Assembly (NCBI GenBank): GCA_036406675.1
Contig: DASXAO010000138.1
Location: forward strand, 6,851 to 70,850
Direction of reading: 5' to 3'
Source of the DNA: Burkholderiales bacterium
GTDB lineage: Bacteria > Pseudomonadota > Gammaproteobacteria > Burkholderiales > SG8-39
DNA: 64,000 nt
Shown: positions 10,232 through 21,462 of the stretch, piece after piece
Position numbering within the stretch: the first letter of the stretch is position 1
How the letters are laid out: the number at the start of each line of letters is the position of its first letter
Notes under the pieces: generated by a model
Told to the model about the DNA's origin: nothing
The model's input: only the letters and a program-made list of their open reading frames with translations
The model's database searches: none
Made by a program: the position numbers and the translations under genes

Positions 10232-11388
10232 GGCTTGATCTTCGGCACGTCGAGCCACTTCCGCAGCCTCCAGCTCTTCAGCCCGAGCTCGGCGAGCTGC
10301 ACGCCCTTCGCGCCCTCGAGCAGGTTCCAGCGGAAGGCACCTTCGTCGGCGACGTGCTTCAGGAAAAGCTCCCACTGCGCCTTGAAGGCGTTGTCGTAGC
10401 CTTCGTCCGCCATTTCCTCCCAGCCGTTGAAGAAGTCGATCGGCTGGGGAATGTCCGGGTTCCAGACCGGCTTGGGGGTCGCTTCATAGCTTTGAAAAAA
10501 GCACTTGCGCAAGCCGGCCACGGCGCTCCCCTTCGTGCCATCGACCTGGAGAGTGAGCAGATCGTCCCGCCGCACACGCACGTCCCACGAGGAGTTGAAG
10601 TGCGCCACCACGCCGCCCGCGAGCTGGAAAGTGGCGTACGCGGCATCGTCGGCAGTCGCCTTGTACTTCTTGCCGTTCTCGTCCCAGCGGTGCGGGATGT
10701 GCGTGGCGCCAAGACAGCTCACGGCCTGCACCTCGCCGAAGAGGTTGTCGAGAACGTAGCGCCAGTGGCACAGCATGTCGAGGATGATGCCGCCGCCGTC
10801 CTGCTTGCGGTAGTTCCACGAGGGCCGCTGGGCGGCGGGTTGTCCTTGCTCGCGATCTCCCTCGAACACCCAGTAGCCGAACTCGCCGCGAACCGACAGC
10901 ATGCGCCCGAAGAATCCCCGCTCCTTGAGCTTGCGCAGCTTCAACAGCCCGGGCAGCCACAGCTTGTCCTGCACGACGCCGTGTCTCACCTTCGCCTTCT
11001 TTGCGGCGGCGTAGAGTCCCTTCGCCTCGGCGAGCGTAGTGGAGACGGGCTTCTCGCAATAGATGTGCTTGCCGGCTGCGATCGCCTTTTTCAGCAACTT
11101 GGGGCGCAGCTGTGTCGATGCCGCGTCGAAGAAGACTTGGTCGTCCGTGTTCTTCAAGGCTGAATCGAGATCGTTCGTCCAGCGCTCGACGCCATGCTCC
11201 CTTGCCAATGCCTCGACCTTCGCCGCGTTGCGTCCGACAAGCAAGGGATCGGGCATGAGACGCGTGCCGTCCTTCAACGCCACGCCGCCCTGCCTGCGGA
11301 TCTCGAGGATCGACCGGATGAGGTGCTGGTTCATGCCCATGCGGCCGGTGACGCCGTGCATGATCACGCCGATGCGCTTCTCGCTCAC
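10228..11388 (-). CDS. Gfo/Idh/MocA family oxidoreductase
   Basis: The GTG at 11388 is preceded by GAGGAGGGG and gives 386 aa. It has an N-terminal Rossmann region (IGVIMHGVTGRMG) and a conserved EKP motif (HIYCEKP). Confidence 0.8.
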   Translation of the reverse strand: MSEKRIGVIMHGVTGRMGMNQHLIRSILEIRRQGGVALKDGTRLMPDPLLVGRNAAKVEALAREHGVERWTNDLDSALKNTDDQVFFDAASTQLRPKLLKKAIAAGKHIYCEKPVSTTLAEAKGLYAAAKKAKVRHGVVQDKLWLPGLLKLRKLKERGFFGRMLSVRGEFGYWVFEGDREQGQPAAQRPSWNYRKQDGGGIILDMLCHWRYVLDNLFGEVQAVSCLGATHIPHRWDENGKKYKATADDAAYATFQLAGGVVAHFNSSWDVRVRRDDLLTLQVDGTKGSAVAGLRKCFFQSYEATPKPVWNPDIPQPIDFFNGWEEMADEGYDNAFKAQWELFLKHVADEGAFRWNLLEGAKGVQLAELGLKSWRLRKWLDVPKIKP

Positions 11389-11402
11389 TCCGACGCCCCT
11401 CC

Positions 11403-12236
11403 TCAGGCGTCCAGCGCTTCCAGGATCCCGCGAATGTAGCCGATGGCGCGCGCCGCGGCACCGGGACCATCGGGCACGTAGTCGAACGGCTCGACGGCCA
11501 CGTCTCCCGCATAGCCGTGCCGCTTCAACGCGGCGAACACCGGCGCGAAGCGCTGCTCGCCCTGGCCGGGGCCGCGGCGGTTGCGGTCGTTCACCTGGAC
11601 GTGGGCAATGACGCCTTTCGGCAGCCAGCGCTCGAGCAGCGCGCCGAGGGGCTCCTTCTCCATGCGTCCCGCGGAGCTGCAGTCGAGCATCGTCTTCAGC
11701 GCGGGGTTGGAGATCTCGGCCACGATCTGCGCCGCCTCCTCCAGCGTGTTGACGAGCGGCGTCTGCTCCGACGACAGCGGCTCGACGCAGTACACCACGC
11801 CCGCTTTCTGCGCGCGCTCGGCAGCCACGGCGAAGCACTCCTTCGCGCGGGAGAGCGCCGCGGCGCGCGTTTCGCCGGCCTCGATGCGCCGCTGCTGGGG
11901 CGAGCCGTGCACCAGGTACCTTCCGCCCAACGCCGCGCACAGGTCGATGAGCGAGCGCATCACGTCCACGGTCCTCTTTCGGACCGCGTCATCCTTGCTG
12001 CAGATCGAGAGGCCGGCCGGCTTGACGAGGAGCCAGTGCAGGCCGGTCACCGCGATGCCGCTGTCTTCGGCGGCGCTGCGCGCCGCGGCAATCTGGGCGG
12101 AGCCCATGCGGTGCGGGTCCTCGGAGAGGGTATAGGGGGCGATCTCGAGCCCGTCGTAGCCGAGCTTCGCCGCGTATTCGCACTGCCGCGGAAACGGCAT
12201 CGGCGCGATCACCTCGTTGCACAGCGCGATGCGCAC
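11403..12236 (-). CDS. sugar phosphate isomerase/epimerase (xylose isomerase-like TIM barrel)
   Basis: 277 aa. MRIALCNEVI...LGYDGLEIAP is typical of the AP-endonuclease-2/xylose-isomerase-like TIM barrel family. Confidence 0.8.
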   Translation of the reverse strand: MRIALCNEVIAPMPFPRQCEYAAKLGYDGLEIAPYTLSEDPHRMGSAQIAAARSAAEDSGIAVTGLHWLLVKPAGLSICSKDDAVRKRTVDVMRSLIDLCAALGGRYLVHGSPQQRRIEAGETRAAALSRAKECFAVAAERAQKAGVVYCVEPLSSEQTPLVNTLEEAAQIVAEISNPALKTMLDCSSAGRMEKEPLGALLERWLPKGVIAHVQVNDRNRRGPGQGEQRFAPVFAALKRHGYAGDVAVEPFDYVPDGPGAAARAIGYIRGILEALDA

Positions 12237-12262
12237 GCGCTAGCTCCCCGCCGCCGGTCCGC

Positions 12263-13228
12263 TCAGTCGGCGTACACGCCGCTCTTCCGGATGATCGGCG
12301 CCCACTTCTCGACCTCCGCCTTGAGCAGCGTGCCCAGGGAGCCCGGCGTCGCCTTGGAGGGCGGGACCGGCTCGGCGCCGAGATCCGCGAGGCGCGCCCG
12401 GAAGGCCGGCGCCTGCACCGCGGTCTGCAGCGCCGCGACGAGCTTGTCGAGCGCCGGCTTCGGGATGCCCTTGGGTGCGAAGAGGCCGTTCCACACCACC
12501 AGGTCGAAGCCTTTCAGCCCTTGCTCGTCGAGCGTGGGTAGATTGGGAAACGACGCGATGCGCGTAGCCGTGGTGACGCCGTAGGCCTTCACGTTCCCCG
12601 ACTTGATCTGCGGCACGGTGTTGGTGGTCTGGTCGCACATGAAATCGACTTGCCCGCCGACCAGGTCGTTCATCGCCGGGCCGGTGCCCTTGTACGGCAC
12701 CTGGGTGAAGTCCGCCTGGACCGCGCTCATGAAGAGCAGCCCGCAAAGGTACGACGCCGAGCCGACGCCGGCGTTGGCGTAGCTGACCTTGTCCTTGTTC
12801 GCTTTTGCGTAGGCGAGGAATTCGGGAAAGTTGGCCGCCGGCGTGGCCTTCTTCGCGATCAGCATCATCGGCACGTCGGCCACCTGGCCGACGTAGTCGA
12901 AGTCCTTGAGCGTGTCGTATTGGAGCTTGCGGTACAGCGTCGGCGCCGTCGCCATGCCGATGTGGTAGAGGAGCAGCGTGTAGCCGTCGGCGCGCGCCTT
13001 CGCCGCCCTGGTGACGCCGATCGTGCCGCCGGCGCCGCCGGCGTTCTCGACGATCATCTGCTGCTTGAGCGCCTCGCCCATCGACCCCGCGAGGACCCGC
13101 GTGAGGGTGTCGGTCGGCCCCCCCGCCGCCGCCGGCACGATGATCACCACCGGCTTGGCGGGATAGTCCTGCGCGGCCGCTGCGCCGCTCGCGAGAAATA
13201 AAAAAAACGCGGCTCCGATCCGCTTCAT
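12263..13228 (-). CDS. Bug family (TctC-like) tripartite tricarboxylate transporter substrate-binding protein
   Basis: 321 aa with a signal peptide and motifs YPAKPVVIIVPAAAGGPTD and VENAGGAGGTIG. Confidence 0.85.
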   Translation of the reverse strand: MKRIGAAFFLFLASGAAAAQDYPAKPVVIIVPAAAGGPTDTLTRVLAGSMGEALKQQMIVENAGGAGGTIGVTRAAKARADGYTLLLYHIGMATAPTLYRKLQYDTLKDFDYVGQVADVPMMLIAKKATPAANFPEFLAYAKANKDKVSYANAGVGSASYLCGLLFMSAVQADFTQVPYKGTGPAMNDLVGGQVDFMCDQTTNTVPQIKSGNVKAYGVTTATRIASFPNLPTLDEQGLKGFDLVVWNGLFAPKGIPKPALDKLVAALQTAVQAPAFRARLADLGAEPVPPSKATPGSLGTLLKAEVEKWAPIIRKSGVYAD

Positions 13229-13240
13229 TCGTCGTTCCTC

Positions 13241-14212
13241 CTAGTCGTTTGCCTTGATTCCTGCCTGCTTGATCACTCTTGCCCAGCGCGGCGTCTCGCG
13301 CTCGATCGCGGCCGCGAACTGCGCCGGCGTGCCGCCGATCACGTCGAGGCCGAGGTCGTTCATTTTCCTGCGCACGTCCGGCTGGGCGAGCAGCTTGACC
13401 GTATCGCGATGCAGCCGCTCGACGATCGCGCGCGGCGTTCCGGCCGGCGCCATCAGGCCGAACCACGGCACGGCTTCGAACCCGGGATAACCGGATTCGG
13501 CCATCGTGGGAAGCTCGGGTGCGACGCCCGAGCGGCTGGCGGACGTGACCGCGAAAGCGCGCAGCTTCCCTTCGCGCACGAGCGGCACCACGTTCACCAC
13601 GTTGGCGAACGAGAGGCTGACGCGGCCGGCCAGCAGATCGGGCAGGAGCGCCGTGGTGCCGCGATACGCGACCGGGCGGATATCGATGCCGGCCATGGAC
13701 CTGAAGAGCTCCGCGGCGAGGTGCTGCGAAGTTCCGACGCCGGCGTGCGCGTAGCTGAGCGTGCCCGGCTGCGCGCGCGCCAGCGCGACGAGCTCCGGCA
13801 GCGTCGCCGCCGGAGAGCCGCTCGGCACGACCAGCACGTTTGCGGCGACGAAGATCTGCGAGATCGGCGCCAGGTCCTTGACCGGATCGAAGCTCAGCTT
13901 GTCGTACAGGCTCGGGCTGAAAACCAGCGAGCTGTTGCCGATCATGCCGAGCGTGTACCCGTTCGGCGGCGACTTGGCGAGGCGGTCGGTGGCGATGTTG
14001 CCGCCGGCCCCGGTGACGTTCTCGACCACCACCGCCTTGCCCCACGCGGTGCCGAGCCTCTCCGCGAGCAGTCGAGCGGTCACGTCGGGCGCGACGCCGG
14101 CCGTGAAGCCCACGAGAATGCGCACCGGCTGCTCGGGATAGCCGCCCTGAGCGGCCGCGTGTGCGGCAGCCGCCGCGATCCACAGCCCGGCTACTAGACG
14201 GCCGATCCCCAT
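13241..14212 (-). CDS. Bug family (TctC-like) substrate-binding protein, second copy
   Basis: The internal ATG at 14212 gives 323 aa (MGIGRLVAGLWIAAAAAHA...). Motifs are YPEQPVRILVGFTAG and VENVTGAGGNIA. Confidence 0.85.
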   Translation of the reverse strand: MGIGRLVAGLWIAAAAAHAAAQGGYPEQPVRILVGFTAGVAPDVTARLLAERLGTAWGKAVVVENVTGAGGNIATDRLAKSPPNGYTLGMIGNSSLVFSPSLYDKLSFDPVKDLAPISQIFVAANVLVVPSGSPAATLPELVALARAQPGTLSYAHAGVGTSQHLAAELFRSMAGIDIRPVAYRGTTALLPDLLAGRVSLSFANVVNVVPLVREGKLRAFAVTSASRSGVAPELPTMAESGYPGFEAVPWFGLMAPAGTPRAIVERLHRDTVKLLAQPDVRRKMNDLGLDVIGGTPAQFAAAIERETPRWARVIKQAGIKAND

Positions 14213-14604
14213 GCTTGCTGCCAGTCGTTGCCCAGGAAGTCGGTGACCCGGCCGTCGCGCTGGAAGAACTTGTTCGGGATCTGGAACATGGCGAGGAACA
14301 CGCCGCCCTGCGGGCCCGCCCAGGCCTCGTGGCGGCTGCCCGCCGGACGCCAGACGAATTGGCCTGCTTTGCAAATACCTTCCCCGCAGTGCAATTCGCC
14401 GTCCAAGACATATGTCTGCTCGATCTTCACGTGCTCGTGGTCCGGCAGGCGCGCACCGGGCGCCATGCGCATCAGGGCGGTAATGAGGCCGGTCTGCTTG
14501 TCGACGAGCAGCGTCTTCTGCTCGATGCCCGAGTAGGCCGTTTTTTCCCACGGCAGGTTTTCCACGTCGACAAATCTGGAAGCGAGATCAACGCGCCGGT
14601 TCAT
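14194..14604 (-). CDS. ChrR-like cupin domain protein
   Basis: 136 aa from the ATG at 14604, at the tail of the 14194..15849 frame. The cupin His cluster is LPDHEHVKIEQTYVLDGEL...RHEAW. Its ATGA overlaps the pyk stop, and its 3' end overlaps the Bug gene start by 19 nt. Confidence 0.65.
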   Translation of the reverse strand: MNRRVDLASRFVDVENLPWEKTAYSGIEQKTLLVDKQTGLITALMRMAPGARLPDHEHVKIEQTYVLDGELHCGEGICKAGQFVWRPAGSRHEAWAGPQGGVFLAMFQIPNKFFQRDGRVTDFLGNDWQQAWGSAV

Positions 14605-16043
14605 GATTTCAGGTGCTCCCCGACCTTTACGATCTTCATGGTGTTGGTCCCGCCCGACTTGCCGATGGGTTCGCCGATGGTGAGGACGATGATGTCGCCC
14701 TCCTTCACCACCCCGCTCGCCACCAGCGTCTTTTCGGCCTCGTGCAGCAGCTCTTCGCGGTCGTGCCCGACGTACTTGACCATCAGCGGATAGACGTCGC
14801 GTAAGAGCGCGCAGCGGTAGCGCGTCGTCGTCTGCGAGGTGAGCGCGTAGATCGGCACGCCGCAGTTGAGACGGCTCATCCACAGCGCGGTCGAGCCCGA
14901 TTCGGTCAGCGAGGCGATGCACTTCACCTTGAGGTGGTAGGCAGTGAAGAGCGCCGCCATCGCGATCGACTGGTCGACCCGCGTGAACACCCGGTTGAGG
15001 AAGTCCTGCTCGAGGTTGAGCGGCTGGGTCTGCTCCACCTCCACGCACACGCGGTGCATCGCCTCGATCACTTCCACCGGATAGCGTCCGCTCGCGGTCT
15101 CGGCCGAGAGCATCACGGCGTCGGTGCCGTCGAGCACCGCGTTCGCCACGTCCGACACCTCGGCGCGCGTGGGCACCGGGCTCGCGATCATCGACTCCAT
15201 CATCTGCGTGGCGGTGATCGTGAGCTTGTTCTGCTCGCGCGCGAGCCGGATCATCTTCTTCTGCAGCGCGGGCACCGAGGCGTCGCCGACCTCCACCGCG
15301 AGGTCGCCGCGCGCCACCATGATGCAGTCCGAGCCGCGCATGATGTCGAGCAGCGCCGCCTCGGCCACCGCCTCGGCGCGCTCGATCTTGGCGATCAGGA
15401 AGGCCTTGCCGCCCGCCGCGCGCAGCAGCTCGCGCGCCATGTACATGTCGGCGCCGCTCTTCGGGAAGGACACCGCGAGGTAGTCGGCCTGCATCTTCGC
15501 GGCCGTCTTGATGTCTTCCATGTCCTTCGAGGTGAGCGCGGGCGCGGTGAGTCCACCGCCCTGGCGGTTGATGCCCTTGTTGTTGGAGAGCACGCCGCCG
15601 TGGCGCACCACGGTCTGCACCTCGTCGCCGCGCACCTCGGTGACGTCGAGCACGATCTTGCCGTCGTCGAGGAGGAGCACCGCGCCGGGGCCCACGTCGC
15701 GCGGCAGCTCCTTGTAGTCGAGCCCGACGCGCTCCGCGTCGCCCGGTGCGCTCGACGCCGCATCGAGCACGAAGCGCCGGCCCTTCTCGAGGGTCACCCG
15801 GCCCTCCTTGAACTTGCCGACGCGGATCTTGGGCCCCTGCAGGTCGCACATGATCGCCACGGTGCGCCCCACCTTGGAGGCGATCTCCTTCACCAGCGCG
15901 GCGCGCGAAAGATGATCCTCGGTGGTGCCGTGGGAAAAATTGAGGCGCACCACGTCCAGGCCGGCGCGCACCATCCTTTCCAGGACTGCCGGTTCCGACG
16001 ACGCCGGGCCGAGCGTCGCGACGATCTTGGTGGCACGGTACAT
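14601..16043 (-). CDS. pyk: pyruvate kinase
   Basis: 480 aa. MYRATKIVATLGPAS...RLNFSHG...MVARGDLAVE is an unambiguous pyruvate kinase sequence. Confidence 0.93.
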   Translation of the reverse strand: MYRATKIVATLGPASSEPAVLERMVRAGLDVVRLNFSHGTTEDHLSRAALVKEIASKVGRTVAIMCDLQGPKIRVGKFKEGRVTLEKGRRFVLDAASSAPGDAERVGLDYKELPRDVGPGAVLLLDDGKIVLDVTEVRGDEVQTVVRHGGVLSNNKGINRQGGGLTAPALTSKDMEDIKTAAKMQADYLAVSFPKSGADMYMARELLRAAGGKAFLIAKIERAEAVAEAALLDIMRGSDCIMVARGDLAVEVGDASVPALQKKMIRLAREQNKLTITATQMMESMIASPVPTRAEVSDVANAVLDGTDAVMLSAETASGRYPVEVIEAMHRVCVEVEQTQPLNLEQDFLNRVFTRVDQSIAMAALFTAYHLKVKCIASLTESGSTALWMSRLNCGVPIYALTSQTTTRYRCALLRDVYPLMVKYVGHDREELLHEAEKTLVASGVVKEGDIIVLTIGEPIGKSGGTNTMKIVKVGEHLKS

Positions 16044-16073
16044 AGCGCTACTCAGTGTAGCAAATAGGATGCC

Positions 16074-16784
16074 TCAGACTTTTCGCGCCGCGTCGCGGCG
16101 CTGAAACAGCACCCAGCTCGTGGCGATGTACTTGTCGCCGCCCTTCGGCATGTTGCCGCGGTGCGTGTGGGTGAAGGCGGTCGGAGCGATGAGGAGCGAG
16201 CCGGTCCGGGGCACGACCTTGCGCTGCTGGTACAGGAACTCGGTTTCGCCTTCGCGGAAGTCGTCGTTGAGATAGATCGTCCACAGCACGACCCGGTGCA
16301 GCGACTCCGCCCGATCCTCCTGGTCCGGGTGCAGCTCGCAATGCCAGTACGGGTAGGCGCCGCTGTCGGCGAAATACTTCTGCAGGTTGATGGTCCCCGG
16401 ACGGAAGAGGTTCATCACCACCGCATTGAGCAGGTCGTCCGCGAGCCCGGCGAAGGCCGCCGCATCGAGCGTGACCGGCGGGCCTCCCCCTGGCGGCGTG
16501 AGCTGGAAGCGCGAAGTCGCGAGCGCCACGTGCGCGTAGCGCCTGAGATAACGCTTGAAGCCGCCAAGCACGGCGTCGACCAATAGCTGCTGCGCGTCCG
16601 CCCAGCCCGGGTGCTCGTTCAGGTGAATATCCCAGCTATCCTTGACCGAGACGTCGACACCGCCGCCGGTCAGCCCGCGCCGCGCAAGGCCGCTCGCCTC
16701 GAAACGCTCGATCAGCGCACGGCAGGCGTCTGCCTCGAGTGCGTTGTCGTAGACCTCGATGAAGTCCACAGGATCGTCGCCCAT
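16074..16784 (-). CDS. putative 2OG-Fe(II) oxygenase family protein
   Basis: 236 aa from the ATG at 16784. HxD (ELHPD) and a distal His (FTHTHRG) are consistent with a double-stranded beta-helix oxygenase. The family assignment is from memory. Confidence 0.55.
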   Translation of the reverse strand: MGDDPVDFIEVYDNALEADACRALIERFEASGLARRGLTGGGVDVSVKDSWDIHLNEHPGWADAQQLLVDAVLGGFKRYLRRYAHVALATSRFQLTPPGGGPPVTLDAAAFAGLADDLLNAVVMNLFRPGTINLQKYFADSGAYPYWHCELHPDQEDRAESLHRVVLWTIYLNDDFREGETEFLYQQRKVVPRTGSLLIAPTAFTHTHRGNMPKGGDKYIATSWVLFQRRDAARKV

Positions 16785-16804
16785 CTTGGGGACTAGTATG
16801 CTGG

Positions 16805-17204
16805 CTAGTCGCCGATGTGCAACACCAGCTCGCGCACCGATCCGCGGCGGCGGTGCTCCCAGAGATAAATTCCCTGCCACGTGCCGAGCGCAAGCTTCTC
16901 ATTCTCGATGGGAATCGAGAGCGACGTCGCCGTGAGCGCCGCTCGGATGTGAGCGGGCATGTCGTCGGGCCCCTCGGTGTCGTGCGTGTAGAACGGATCG
17001 CCCTCCGGCACGAGCCGCGCGATCCAGCGCTCGAGGTCGCGCTTCGCCGACGGGTCGGCGTTCTCCTGGATGACGAGGCTCGCCGAGGTATGCCGCACAA
17101 AAATCGTGCACAGCCCTTCCTCGATCCCGGAGTTTCTTACTTGCGATTGGACGCTGGCGGTAATTTCGTAAAGACCCTGTCCGCGCGTTTCGACGCTGAA
17201 CTGC

Positions 17205-17212
<8 letters not shown>
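16805..17212 (-). CDS. yjbQ: YjbQ/UPF0047 family protein (secondary thiamine-phosphate synthase-like)
   Basis: 135 aa. [17 protein letters not shown]...[15 protein letters not shown]...[12 protein letters not shown] is typical of YjbQ. It overlaps the pgk 3' end by 8 nt. Confidence 0.8.
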
Positions 17213-18365
<1,153 letters not shown>

Positions 18366-18366
18366 C

Positions 18367-19377
18367 TCAGCGCACGTTCGCGAACGCGACCGCCACGTCG
18401 AGCATGCGGTTGGAGAAGCCCCACTCGTTGTCGTACCACGAGGACACCTTCACCAGCGTGCCGTCGGACACGCGCGTCAGGCTCGAGTCGAAGATGGAGC
18501 TCGCCGGGTTGTGGTTGAAGTCGGAGGACACCAGCGGCTCCGAGTTGTACTCGAGGATGCCCTTGAGGTCGGAGTTGCACGCCTGCTTGACCGCGTTGTT
18601 CACCTCGTCAACGGTGGTCGGCTTCTTCGCCACGAAGGTGAGATCGACGATCGACACGTTGATGGTCGGTACCCGGATCGAGTAGCCGTCGAGCTTGCCG
18701 TTGAGATGGGGCAGCACCAGGCCCACCGCGGCGGCGGCGCCGGTCTTGGTGGGAATCATGTTCTCCACGGCCGAGCGGGCGCGGCGCAGATCCTTGTGAA
18801 ATACGTCGGTCAGGACCTGGTCGTTGGTGAACGAGTGGATGGTGTTCATGAGGCCGCAGGCGACGCCGATGCGGTCGTCGATCGCCTTCACCAGCGGCGC
18901 GAGGCAGTTCGTAGTGCAGGACGCGTTTGAAATGACGGTATCGCTTCCTTTGAGCGAAGCGTGGTTGACGCCGTAGACCACCGTGCGGTCGACGTCCTTC
19001 TCGCCGGGGGCGGAAATGATGACTTTTTTCGCCCCGGCATGGACGTGAGCGCCGGCCTTCGCCTTGCTGGTGAAAAGGCCGGTGCACTCCATGACGAGGT
19101 CGACCCCGAGCGCCTTCCACGGCAGCTTGGCCGGGTCGCGCTCCGCCACCACCTTGATGCGATCGTCGTTGACCACGATGCTGTCGCCGTCGACGCGCAC
19201 GGCGGACGGGAAGCGCCCGTGCGCGGTGTCGTACTGCAGCAGGTGGGCGTTGGTCTTCGCGTCGCCCAGGTCGTTGATCGCGACGAACTGCAGGCCGTGC
19301 TTCTTGCCGCTCTCATAGTGGGCCCGCAGCACCATGCGTCCGATGCGTCCAAAACCGTTGATGGCTACCTTGATCAT
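18367..19377 (-). CDS. gap: type I glyceraldehyde-3-phosphate dehydrogenase
   Basis: 336 aa from [14 protein letters not shown] with the active site [12 protein letters not shown]. Its ATGA overlaps the tkt stop. Confidence 0.93.
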   Translation of the reverse strand: MIKVAINGFGRIGRMVLRAHYESGKKHGLQFVAINDLGDAKTNAHLLQYDTAHGRFPSAVRVDGDSIVVNDDRIKVVAERDPAKLPWKALGVDLVMECTGLFTSKAKAGAHVHAGAKKVIISAPGEKDVDRTVVYGVNHASLKGSDTVISNASCTTNCLAPLVKAIDDRIGVACGLMNTIHSFTNDQVLTDVFHKDLRRARSAVENMIPTKTGAAAAVGLVLPHLNGKLDGYSIRVPTINVSIVDLTFVAKKPTTVDEVNNAVKQACNSDLKGILEYNSEPLVSSDFNHNPASSIFDSSLTRVSDGTLVKVSSWYDNEWGFSNRMLDVAVAFANVR

Positions 19378-21419
19378 CCGAATAGACTCCTTACGGCCTC
19401 GGCCACGCGCTCGGGCGTGAAGCCGAAGTGCTTGAAAAGCTCGCCCGCCGGGGCGGACTCGCCGAAACGGTCGATCCCGACCACCCTGCCCTCGAGGCCG
19501 ACGTATTTCCTCCAATAGTCGGTCACGCCCGCTTCGACCGCTACCTTTGGGAGCTCCCGGGGCAGGACCGAGTTCCTGTAATCGGCGTCCTGGCGGTCGA
19601 AAAGGCTGGTCGAGGGCATCGACACCACGCGCACCGGCAGCCCCGCGTCGGCGAGCAACTTTTGCGCCCCCAGAGCGAGCGGCACTTCCGAGCCGGTGGC
19701 GATGATGACCGCTCGCGCCTCCGGCGCGTCGGACAGGACGTAGCCGCCCCGCTCGATCCCCGACAGGGTCGTCCTCTTGGAGAAAGCGACGTTCTGCCGG
19801 CTCAGGAGGAGCGCGGTGGGACCGTCCTTGCGCCGCAGGGCCGCCGCCCAGGCGATCGCGGTCTCGACCGTGTCCGCGGGCCGCCAGACGTCCATGTTGG
19901 GGATCAGCCGCAGGGTCGAGGCATGCTCGATCGGCTGGTGGGTGGGCCCGTCCTCGCCCAAGCCGATCGAATCGTGGGTGAACACGTAGACGACGCGGAT
20001 CTTCATCAGCGCCGCCATCCGCAGCGCGTTGCGCGCATAGTCCGAGAACACCAGGAAGGTGCCCCCGTAGGGAATGAAGCCGCCGTGCAGCGCGATGCCG
20101 TTCATCACCGCGCACATGCCGAATTCCCGCACCCCGTAAAAGACGTGGTTTCCGGCCTCGGCGTTGCCCGGCGCCACCGCCTTCGAAGCCTTGACCATGG
20201 TCAGGTTCGAGCCCGTCAGGTCGGCCGAGCCGCCGAGGAGCTCCGGCAGCAGCGGAACCAGGACTTCGAGCACGTTTTGCGACGCCTTGCGCGTCGCGAG
20301 GGTCTCGCCCTTGGAATTGAGCTCCTCGATAAGCGACGCCAGGCGGCTGTCGAACTCCGGCGGCAAGGCCGTGGCGACGCGGCGCTGGAATTCCGCCGCC
20401 TCCTCCGGGAACTGCTTTTGGTAGGACGAGGCCACCTTGGCCCATTTCTTCTCGGCCTTCTTCCCGGCTTCGCGCGCGTCCCAGCCGGCGCGAACGGCTT
20501 CGGGAATCTCGAAGGGCGGGTACGGCCAGCCGATCGCGGCGCGGGTGGCGGCGACCTCGTCGGCACCCAGGGCGGAGCCGTGCGCCGCGCCCGTGTTGGC
20601 CTTCTTGGGGGCTCCTTTTGCGATGACCGTCTTGCAGCAGATGAGCGTCGGGCGGCCCTTCGAGCGCTTACTTTCCCTTTTGGCCTTGCGGATGGCCCGG
20701 TCGACCGCTTCCACGTCGTGCCCGTCGACGTTCGGGATGACCTGCCAGCCGTACGCGGCGAAGCGCTTGGGCACGTCGTCGGTGTACCACTGCGCGATTT
20801 GGCCCTTGTCCGAGTCGATCGAGATGCCGTTGTCGTCGTAAAAGGCGACGAGCTTGCCAAGGCCAAGGGTTCCGGCGAGGGAAGCAGCCTCGTGAGAGAT
20901 GCCTTCCATCATGCAGCCGTCGCCCATGAACACGTAGGTGTGATGCTCGACCAGGTCGAAGCCGGGACGGTTGAACCGCGCGGCGAGGAGCCGCTCGGAC
21001 AGCGCCATGCCGACCGCGTTGGCGAAGCCCTGCCCCAAGGGCCCGGTGGTCGTCTCTACGCCGGGCGCGTACCCGTACTCCGGATGCCCGGGGGTTTTGG
21101 AGCCAAGCTGGCGAAAACGCTTCAGCTCCTCGATCGGAAGGGCGTAGCCGGTGAGGTGGAGCAGGCTGTAAAGGAGCATCGAGCCGTGGCCGTTGGAGAC
21201 CACGAAGCGGTCGCGGTTCGGCCAGGCGGGGTTGGCGGGGTTGTGGCGCAGATGGCGGTGCCACAGGGCCACGGCGATCTCGGCCATGCCCATCGGCATG
21301 CCGGGATGGCCGGACTTGGCCGCCTCCACCGCATCCATGGCAAGCGCCCGGATGGAGTTGGCAAGGTCGACGTCGGAAGCGGCCGTGGTTGCCGTATTTG
21401 TCGTAACCGGGGATTCCAT
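19374..21419 (-). CDS. tkt: transketolase
   Basis: 681 aa from the ATG at 21419. Motifs are [17 protein letters not shown] and [16 protein letters not shown]. Confidence 0.93.
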   Translation of the reverse strand: MESPVTTNTATTAASDVDLANSIRALAMDAVEAAKSGHPGMPMGMAEIAVALWHRHLRHNPANPAWPNRDRFVVSNGHGSMLLYSLLHLTGYALPIEELKRFRQLGSKTPGHPEYGYAPGVETTTGPLGQGFANAVGMALSERLLAARFNRPGFDLVEHHTYVFMGDGCMMEGISHEAASLAGTLGLGKLVAFYDDNGISIDSDKGQIAQWYTDDVPKRFAAYGWQVIPNVDGHDVEAVDRAIRKAKRESKRSKGRPTLICCKTVIAKGAPKKANTGAAHGSALGADEVAATRAAIGWPYPPFEIPEAVRAGWDAREAGKKAEKKWAKVASSYQKQFPEEAAEFQRRVATALPPEFDSRLASLIEELNSKGETLATRKASQNVLEVLVPLLPELLGGSADLTGSNLTMVKASKAVAPGNAEAGNHVFYGVREFGMCAVMNGIALHGGFIPYGGTFLVFSDYARNALRMAALMKIRVVYVFTHDSIGLGEDGPTHQPIEHASTLRLIPNMDVWRPADTVETAIAWAAALRRKDGPTALLLSRQNVAFSKRTTLSGIERGGYVLSDAPEARAVIIATGSEVPLALGAQKLLADAGLPVRVVSMPSTSLFDRQDADYRNSVLPRELPKVAVEAGVTDYWRKYVGLEGRVVGIDRFGESAPAGELFKHFGFTPERVAEAVRSLFG

Positions 21420-21462
21420 CGGAGGGCGCAAATTATACTCAGCGCATCGCGCCCTTCCTCCT

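Noticed and set aside
12240-14411. 723 aa minus-strand ORF overlapping both Bug genes, and the 551 aa ORF 14194..15849
   Set aside because: These are off-frame relative to the Bug receptors and pyruvate kinase. Only the last 136 codons of 14194..15849 (the cupin) look genuine.
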